Below, piece by piece: positions 22,169 to 30,821 of a DNA stretch of 64,000 nt. The notes under the pieces were generated by a model. It did not search any database, was not told the DNA's origin, and was given only the letters and a program-made list of their open reading frames with translations. The DNA comes from Mantamonas sphyraenae STR306 (Eukaryota > Protista > CRuMs), in the NCBI GenBank assembly GCA_026936335.1, contig JAPMXV010000059.1:124001-188000 (forward strand), in the 5' to 3' direction. Positions within the stretch are counted from its first letter, which is position 1; the number at the start of each line of letters is the position of its first letter. Both the position numbers and the translations under genes were made by a program.

Positions 22169-23209
22169 ATGCCCAGTGCAATGAACCCAACGTTCAAGAT
22201 CAACACACACGGTGGGGTGTACAAGTCTGGTTCAGCCATCCCGGAAGCGATGCGTCTCAACATAGGAAACGGCTACCTGACCGCAAACCCCCCGCAATCA
22301 ATGAAGCAGGTAGCCTTGCACTGGAAGGTCAGCGTAGGTGCTGTGCACAAGTACGTTGCCCAGTTTCGTGCCACAGGAGGTGTGGCACCTCAACCTCGTG
22401 CGGGTGGGCGGCCAGAAAAATTGCAGGCGCACCACAAACGATTCCTGGTCCGCCTCATAGCGAAGCACAGTGCCACGTATCTTGATGAGATGCAGCTGGC
22501 TTTGACGAGACAATTCAATCTTCGAGTTTCCCTGTCTACACTGTGTAGATTCTGCCAACGGCATCAGTTGCGACTGAAAAAGTTGAAGATTGTCCCTGCT
22601 GAACGCAAGAAGCCGCACGTGCGTGCGCGGCGGCGCGATTTTGAACGGCTACAACGTACAGATGCACGAATGCGCGCAAGGAATGTAGTGTGGGTCGACG
22701 AGACTGGAGTCAACAACCGCGAGTGTTGGCGTCGCCGTGGAAGAAACAAACCGGGCGTCGACGCCCTCTCTGTGCAAACCTACTCGCGCCAGAGACGGAG
22801 TATCTCTGTACTGGCGGCCATTGGAGGCGGAAGGCATGGTCTCATGTGCTGGCAGACGCGGACTGGGGCACACAAGCGTGTGGATTTCCTTTTCTTTTTG
22901 CGGCATCGCTTGCTGCCGCGGATGCAACGGTACAGGCAGTCAGTCATTGTGTTGGATAACTGCTCGATTCACAAGGGGGACGAAGTGAAGCAGCTGTGTG
23001 CACAGTACGGCGTCGAGCTGGAGTATCTCCCGGCGTATTCACCATACCTCAACCCCATCGAAGAGATGTTCAGCAAATTCAAGGCCATGCTGCGGCGGCA
23101 CCACCATCGCATGGACATCTGCACAGAGGCTGCCATAGACCATGCCCTACATTTTGTAGGATGGCGGGAAGTGAACGGATGGATCAAACACTCGAACTAT
23201 GTGGCATGA
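22169..23209 (+). CDS. IS630/Tc1/mariner superfamily DD34E transposase, intact and intronless
   Basis: VWVDETG, VIVLDNCSIHK, YLPAYSPYLNPIEEMFSKFK with 34 residues between D and E; N-terminal HTH regions. Confidence 0.95.
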   Translation: MPSAMNPTFKINTHGGVYKSGSAIPEAMRLNIGNGYLTANPPQSMKQVALHWKVSVGAVHKYVAQFRATGGVAPQPRAGGRPEKLQAHHKRFLVRLIAKHSATYLDEMQLALTRQFNLRVSLSTLCRFCQRHQLRLKKLKIVPAERKKPHVRARRRDFERLQRTDARMRARNVVWVDETGVNNRECWRRRGRNKPGVDALSVQTYSRQRRSISVLAAIGGGRHGLMCWQTRTGAHKRVDFLFFLRHRLLPRMQRYRQSVIVLDNCSIHKGDEVKQLCAQYGVELEYLPAYSPYLNPIEEMFSKFKAMLRRHHHRMDICTEAAIDHALHFVGWREVNGWIKHSNYVA

Positions 23210-23454
23210 TGAAACGCGGCAACGAAGTTTCTCCAACTGAATCAGCAGTATGGTGTCCCACACTCCCTGCACGCCGTTCACAGCAGCCCAAAAACCGAAC
23301 AAGACCACTCTACACACCACGGGAAGGACGCATAGCCGTCTGTTGCCCGAATCGTTCAGCACTGATCTCTAACCCAACCACCACCGCGGTGTCCAACACA
23401 CCCTGCACACAATCACCAGCAATCCACAACCGACATGTGCCACACGGCATACCA

Positions 23455-24225
23455 CGAGAGAGTTGCAGTGGCAAGGCCGTCCCGCGCGTGTACAAACCTC
23501 CTGACCAGGCGTTCTCTGTGCTGGCGATGAAAAATCCGTACCAAACTGGCTGAGCAAATCCTCCTTCGTCTGTGCGAGGGGGGCGAACTTGTTCTCCAAT
23601 GGGGCTTAGTGGGGCGCCGCATAGCACAGAGAATGGGTGTGGTCTGCACGTCTAGCCGTGCAACTCTTCACGAGAAGAAATGAAGAAGCGTTTCAGCTTC
23701 CACACCAACTGCCCACAATCTCCCACCATTGTGGACGCTTCACCTGGGCACTGGGCAGGGCGCTTGCACCCACTCGCAAAGAGTCGTCTTGAATCACCCG
23801 CCCTGCGTCGCACAGCGTGTGTTTGAGGCACACATGCTGGGGTACACTGCCTGTGACCAGCGTGGAGCTATGCATTGGCTGATGCCCGCACTGAGGGAGA
23901 ATATGATGCAGTGGGTGGGACAGGAGCATGATACAGAGACTCTGGCGAGGAGTGGGGCAGTCTGCCACAAGGGGGGGGCATGGGGAAGCGCAAAAGGGAA
24001 TCAATCACCTACAATGTGCCCCATGCCTTCATGCAATACCGTGTTGGAGAGCATCTACCCCAGCATCTACCCCAGTTGAGGGCGGGAGAGCGAGGATGCC
24101 TGGCGGATGTCCATGCGTGCATGATCTTCCTGACTAGCTGAGCAAATCCTCCTTCATTTGTCCAAAGGGCGAGTTTCCTCTCCAATTGGGCTGAGTGGGG
24201 CGCCACAGAGCACAGAGAACGTCGC
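23455..24225 (-). pseudogene. Two diverged copies (c. 23455-23635 and 24085-24222) of a decayed minus-strand coding segment
   Basis: Both copies read SVLCGAPLSPIGE..RP..EGGFAQ..LVR..HA; differences are mostly synonymous and each copy has a frame-breaking indel relative to the other. Confidence 0.5.
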
Positions 24226-24320
24226 TGCAGTGCGTAGCAGATGCTGCACCATGCTTCCCAACTCAATTGACAGCCTCCCTTCATTGTCGACGTTTCAACT
24301 GGGCAACCCGCTTGCATACA

Positions 24321-24358
24321 GTACGACGACTCTGTGCAATTGCACAGAGTCGTCGTAC
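24321..24358. repeat. Perfect 38-bp palindrome
   Basis: GTACGACGACTCTGTGCAA|TTGCACAGAGTCGTCGTAC. Confidence 0.97.
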
Positions 24359-24713
24359 CACCACACCCCCTTCTGTGGTGTGTTTTGCTTTTGCATCTTT
24401 TCTCCTTGTGCAGCCTTGGCCACCCCTCGCGCAGCACATGCCCAATGTGGTGAGGTCGAGCCAGAGGTGATGGACGGTGTGTACGCGTGTTTCCGCTTGT
24501 ATGTGATTGGTTCGTTCATAGAAGAGCTCTATGTAGACGGTGAGATGCTGAAGAACATATCGCCGCCCGGCCCGCTGCGCACAGGCGCTACACCGCGCCA
24601 CACTGTATCATCTGCACACAACCAAACACACGAGTGTAAAAAGCAACTTTGTATTGGTGGGCATCGCTGGCCAGTGCCTTCCCAATCGGCCCCTTGCTCA
24701 GGCAACACAACGC

Positions 24714-27700
24714 ATGGTCAACAACAGATACAATCTGCGGTCCACCCGTACTACACGAACAACAACTGGCACAGACTCCCACGCCACAACCACTGGTGAG
24801 ACGCCAAGCTCTCCCGCCGGGGCAGCAAGGCAGGCAACGAGTGCATCGGAATCGCATCAGCAGATGCGCAACGTTATTGACGTTGAATACGTATTCAACG
24901 AGCTGTGCAAAGGTACGTATGGCCTGGATTGCAGGGTCTATGCAGAGAGACACTCACACGTGCTGCCCTGGGTAGTTTGGGACACAACGCCACAGAACCA
25001 GCGTGCAGTTGCTCTCGCTGGCGTTGCTGACGCACTTTCCCCGAGCACACGCACTGTTGCCGACGCCGTGGAGCATCTGAACACAGTGACGGATGTCCGT
25101 GCCACTGTAGCAGAGTGCAAGAGAGGCATAGAGTAAGGTTTTTTCTGGCGCGTGTCCGGCGCGGCTCGTGCCTTTGCTGACAGGTCTCTCGAACCCACGT
25201 CTCAAAGGAACCCGATGGCATTGTTGTGTCACGCTACCGTCGCCGTGCGTGCGCTGCTTCTCAGTGTTGGCGCGAACGGGCTTGTGGCTCTGGACGTGCA
25301 TGATGATTGCAGGTGGCAAGGCAGGTGTCTAGTAGGTCTCTTCGCCTACCTCACCGGAATGGAAGGCATTCCTGCTGACGACAGCACAGTATGGATGCTC
25401 CTGCTACATGCAGACGCCGTTGTTTCCAACTCCGGGCTTGTGAGGCACCAGCAAAGCTCGACTGAGACGTAGGTTGCGAGAATCGACCCCACACACGCGC
25501 CCACACGCGCGCCGCCACGCGCGCCTGCACCCTGCACACACACACTCACCCCACGCCTCCCATTCTCCCGCAGTTATGGGTGTTTGTGGGCAACCTTCTG
25601 CAGTTGTGTCGATAGCAAGCATGCCATTCGTGCGTTTGACACCAGTCGCGTGCCCTTGGACGACAGGGTGCTGGCAAACGAGAAGCACGTGGCACTTTTT
25701 GAGGAGGCCAAAAACGCTGGCGTCCCGTCTGCACTTTCAACAACAACCAGGGAGGCTTTTTGTTCGTGTGGCAACAAGGTGACCAGTGTGGAAGCACAGG
25801 CGAGCATTGCAAGCGTGCCTGCTAACAGTGGCCACGTTGCAGAGTTCCAATGGACATGCTCTAGTGGAAGATGCTCAACGGTGATTGGCACGGAAACAGA
25901 CGAGATCACCTGCACCGAAAACTGTTTGATCACGTACGAACGCAACTCCGTCGTGGAGCGGATGGACGTCAGTGAGGCCATGTGCATCGGCATCTATCTG
26001 GGCGATGGTTTGGCAGGCCACTACGTACTCGTCCTGCGTGTGGACGACACGCATTGGCGAGTGTTTGATGACGATCGCGTTCACGACGACTACTCATCGT
26101 ATGTGGATGGGAACGTCGTTCTGCAGCATGGAACACAGGCGCGTGTTGTGTTCTCCATGGGCTCCACCTCTCCGATGTCGCTTTCACGGGCGCCTGTGCG
26201 GGTGCAACAGGCAGCAAGGAACCAGGTTGCCCAGCAGCAGAAGAAGGGAAGGCAGGGAAAGCAACCAAGGAAGGGGAAGCCGGGAAAGCAACCAAGGAAG
26301 GGGAACCGGTCACGCAAACGCCACAAGCCCAGGGTCCATGAGGCCAAAGTCCACGATGAGCAAGTCCGGTTCGATAACGAAGCATCACGTGAGGATTTGG
26401 TGACCGGCATTGGCCACGGGATGCGCAACACCGCCCTGAAGTACGTCGACGACGAGCAGGTGGATGCCACCTGCGTGTGGTTCAGCGAACAAGGCACTGT
26501 GCAGCGCACGGGTGACGTGCGTGACATCGAAAAAGAGCTGAAGAAGGAGCTGCCAAACGGCAAAGTGTCCAAGAGCAGTTTGGAAGCGTTGGTCAAGCAG
26601 AAGGAGGCAACGGAGGAGGCAGGGCAGATGGAAGAGACCCCGGGGTTGTCGTCAAGCGTGGTTAACATCCTGGATTTGGCGAGCGTGGCCTTTGACAAGA
26701 TGACTGTGGACCACGTGCGCGGCACGCACCCCGTTGTGGTTTGCCTTGGGCTGGCCACCATGGAAGATGTGCTGCGAGGTTCGCCAGGAGTCACAGCTGC
26801 CCAGCAACAGAGGCTGCTTATTGCCCTTAGCACAGTGGAGAGTACCAACAGGAAGCGCAAGAACAAGATCAAGCCGTACCTGACATTGCAGAAGCTCGTT
26901 GAGGACTTCCGGCCCGAGTCAGTCGAGGACATCGCACAGCGTCTGCGAGAAGTGGACAACGAGCATACCATCTGGCTGAGGGCGCACACAACGTACCCGA
27001 GAATCGTCGAGTGGGTTGGCGCCCTGTTTCTGCTCTCGCAGGGCATTAACGAGAACCACTTCCGACTTCAGGTCATCAATCGCCGAGGGAACGTGACGAA
27101 AGCCGTCTCTGGTCCCGACTGTGTGGCCAGGGCTGTATCGATGGCTTTCAGTGTGCAAGGCGGTGCCCGGTGGGTTTTGCCGCGGCGACCAGCGCAAGAC
27201 CAGCCTACGGGGGTGGTTGCCAAGGTGTCTCTGGCTCTCGAGCTGGGCAACGGCAGACTGGCGTTGGCCATCATCATGGCTGGCAACAAGGACAACGATG
27301 TGTTTCAGCGCGTCTGTGAAAACATCAACGTGCTGCACAACTCGAACGTGCCGTACACCCACCGCACCAAAGAGTGGACACGCGACCTCAGCGAGGACAA
27401 ACCCCTGGACGCCGTTGTGCGCTACCTGCAACACGAGTTGGCACCGCAGCTGGACGGCACTGGCGCGACTCTGGGCAGGGACGGGTTGATGGTGCCAGAT
27501 GGCGCGACTTTCCCGCTGACCAGGCTCCTGCGCACTCAATCAAACGCTCTCAACGGCTGCTATACCGCTCTTCAACTCTTCCAGTCACTCCGGTTTCGGG
27601 TGAAGCGTGTGCTTGTTACCGACGAGGACCTGGAGCACATCAGGGCAGAGTCGATGTACGACGAAACCCAGCGAGGCATGGTTTATCACACCGGTGCATT

Positions 27701-30527
27701 GCACGGCCAGAAGATGACGGCACGTGCCATTGGGACTCTTCAGGATCGCCCAGAGTTCACAAGGGAGCAACCGCCCGCGCCGCAAGGCCTGACCAGGCCA
27801 AAGAGCGCAGCCGAATCCCCGCCCAAGGACAAGAAGGAGCTCGTATCACAAGTCTCGACGATCCTTCAAGGGGCCCTGGACGATGTTTTCCCCGGCAATG
27901 GCAGTGTGGTTCCCTTCGATCTCGGTCTGCTGCACGCGATTGCCAGCGCCGGTGAAACTCGGTTCCACGCTATGAAAGTGGAGAACAGTGTCACGGTGAT
28001 GCACCTCACCCGCAAGTTTGCCAACCTTGTGCCCAGTGTGATGGAAGTTGCCGGCAGAGTGTTGGCAGTCGCCAGCGCATGGGAGTGCGACGATGCTCAG
28101 GAGAAACTCAAAAGCATCCAGACGTTGGTGGATCGCTACATCATCAGCGGCTCAAGTGACTCCCTGGTGGGAGATCTACTCTCCCATGCCGGAAGGCCGT
28201 TAGCCATCAACACCGAAGGGCACGTTGTCGTTGACGACGGCCGTGGCGACCACACGCTGGACCTGGACCTGACCGCAGCAGGAGACCTTGGGCCCGCCAC
28301 ACAGCACATGCGTGCGATGCTCAGCGACCGGCTGCGCAACGAGCTGAAGAAGATGGTGACCTCGAAGCAGACACTGCTCTTCTTCGCCCTGGTGAAACAC
28401 CAAACGACCATGGCCACAGATGATGTCGACAAGGCGGAGCAGATGGTGGTGCTTGCGGCGTGCGACGCCATCGTTGCCCACTACGGCGAGACACGCATCG
28501 TGCCTGCGCTGGCCCGGCACGGCGTCGGAAAAGACTACCTTGGCGTCGTTCACGATGTCTTGCAAGCAGAAGCGAGAGAGACAAGGTCCAGGGCGCAAGA
28601 GCAGGCCATCAGGACGGGGAACGAGCTCAGGCAGGAGCCAGAGTACGAGGCTGCCCATGCTGTTGCGGTGCGCGTCCTGGGCGAGATGGACGAGAAGAAG
28701 TCGATGCTGGCCACCAAAACCACAGGCAAGAGGGCAAAACAGACGCGACACATCTACTTGTGCATCCTCCATGGCCTCATCGAGGATGTCGGCGACGAAC
28801 ACAGCGTCAACGCAGTCGACTTTAGCCCAGCGGAGGCTAAACGATTGCTGGTTCCGTTCCTACTCCACAGTGATGAGCGATGGAAGGACGTGCACGCAGG
28901 AAAGCTGAACAGTGGGGCGTGTGGCCGTGTGCTCAAAGCGTGGAAGGAAGACCTAAGCAGCATCCCGGAGGATGCGGCGTACTCGCTTTCGTGGTGGCGG
29001 GTACACGCGTGCGAACCTGGACCCCTGCTCGATGATCTGTTTGCGAGCCTCATTGCACACGCTCCCGTGGTTGAACATATGAGGCCGAGCCAACTGTTGA
29101 GATGGAAAGGGACTGTGCGAGAGTCAGACGCAGGCGCGGGTGTCTCGATTTTCTATCCGCAGAACCTTGTGTCTGACCCCATGACGCGTGGTGACCCTGC
29201 TCTGGTCACGAGGATGGAAGAAGAGTGCCTGCGTCATCTTTGGTACATCTTTGCGGAACTTCAAGTCCGCCGCGGGAACGGCGACACGAGCAACAAGGAC
29301 AAGAAGAAGAACTGGTTGAACAAGCTGACGGCGCCCCTGTTCACAACTGCAATCAACATGTTGCAATTCACGGATGAGTTGCCCCCGTGGATGGCAAGGT
29401 TCATTGCAAAGGAGAACTGGAACCATCTGAAGGACATGGGAAGCAAGGTTGGCAAGCGCGGTGTGTACAAGTTCAGAGACATCGGGGGTTGGAGTACGAA
29501 GGAGAGTGGTGAAGCAGCAACGGGGGAAGAGACGGGAACGAGCAGCCCGGAGAACGAGACACAGGCGTTGGGCACGGAGGCTGGCGATGGAGCGCAGGAC
29601 AGGGAGGAGGACGTGGCACGGGCGCTTGGCACAGGGGCTGACGATGGAGCGCAGGACAGGGAGGAGGACGTGGCACGGGCGCTTGGCACAGGGGCTGACG
29701 ATGGGGAGCAGGACAGGGAGGAGGAGACACAGGCGTTGGGCACCGAGGCTGACAACGGTGCGCAGGACAGGGAGGCGGAAGTGACTAGTGGTGGCATGGA
29801 GAGCGAGCAGGACGAGTCGCAGACAACACCCGCTTGGAAAGAGATGGTCAACGATACCCTCTTTGCTTTTGTCGACTGGGGCGTAACGCGTGACACTTGG
29901 GTTCTCATGTGGACGCACAACGACACAGTGTTCCAGATGTCCGTGCCGACCATGACTCACAACGAGATGAGGCAAAGGAAAGGGGGCACACGCACACAGG
30001 CCCGTTTCCTCAGAAGGACAATCGACAAGACGCTGGAGATGATGTCCGACAGGGACATGCCCAAGAACCATGTGCTTGTGGTTGGAGGCAAGAAGCAGTC
30101 AAGCCTGGGGGGACGGACGGGAGACGTGCTGGACAGGCTCGCCGCGTACTACAACGTGGTCAAGGACCTCGACGAGTATCGCACATCCAAGGTGCACAGG
30201 TGTGGGAAGACACTCAGTTTCAACACCAATGTGTCGCGTAAACCTCTGGGCAGGCTCCAGTTCTGTCCCCGATGCAGCAGATCGCGCAACCACCACACAC
30301 GCAAGCAGACCTTATTTGCACTGCTGCAACGGGAAATTCACAACGACGTGAAGATTCCGCTGCACGTAGCAATGCAACGAGACCAGCACTCGTGCGAGGC
30401 ATTTTTCTGGATCACTGTGGAGCAGATCAAATCGGGACAACGACCCGTTCCATTCAGCAGGCCGAGCGAAGCAGCAGTCACGGACACGTCCAATGATCAT
30501 ACCAACACCACTCAAACGGAGGAGTGA
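24714..30527 (+). CDS. ~1885-aa Fanzor (TnpB-family) nuclease with N-terminal USP/peptidase C19-like domain; exons 24714-25132, 25184-25468, 25574-30527
   Basis: Two phase-2 GT-AG introns join three ORFs in frame; RuvC motifs FVDWG, VLVVGG, LDEYRTSK, HRC..FCPRC, QRDQHS; USP motifs NPMALLCHATVAVRAL, HQQSSTE, GHYV..WRVFDDDRV. Confidence 0.85.
29556..29774 (+). repeat. Four coding tandem repeats of about 57 bp (18-19 aa, ALGTxAxDGAQDREE) inside the Fanzor ORF
   Basis: Direct reading of DNA and protein. Confidence 0.9.
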
Positions 30528-30765
30528 GTGAACATGATCTGATGCAGCTCCATCGACGACGGGAGCTGCTCGAAGAGACGGAGCACATCGAGCGCAAGCC
30601 ACCGCTCGATGTTCAAGCAAAATAACCAGGGCATCCAGCAACGACGCCCTGGTAGCCATTGTCCAGAAGCAAGCCAACTTTTGGGCATGGTCGAGTATTT
30701 GTATGTAGTGCGTTGGCGTGCGTTCACGCACTTACGAGAAATACAGCGCACACACCCGTTCATTG
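30528..30765 (+). ncRNA. Putative Fanzor omegaRNA: scaffold of five hairpins (30544-30744) plus candidate 3' guide (c. 30745-30765)
   Basis: Stems 30544-51/30562-69, 30585-94/30603-12, 30625-32/30646-53, 30655-69/30678-91 (G-U pairs), 30695-713/30726-44, directly after the Fanzor stop. Confidence 0.7.
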
Positions 30766-30821
30766 CCTCCTGAATCTCTTCCCATTCTCTCTCACGCCTC
30801 TCTCGCCCCGTGCAGCCCGGT

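Larger units (their letters stand above)
21840..30744 (+). mobile_element. Candidate IS630/Tc1-type transposon carrying a USP-Fanzor gene and omegaRNA; left end uncertain (between 21760 and 22150)
   Basis: Co-oriented transposase and Fanzor-like gene in an island that interrupts tightly packed host genes; hairpin array ends 77 bp before the next host stop codon; no convincing TIR or TSD found by eye. Confidence 0.6.

Noticed and set aside
25584-25586. ORF-track start (TTG) for the 1647-aa protein
   Set aside because: It lies 10 nt after a splice acceptor; in-frame upstream exons supply an ATG and the USP Cys box
27100-27150. SGPDCVARAVS as an OTU-like Cys motif in the Fanzor middle region
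   Set aside because: Single short resemblance with no matching His box identified
29556-29774. Tandem repeats as a CRISPR-like array
   Set aside because: In-frame coding repeats without unique spacers
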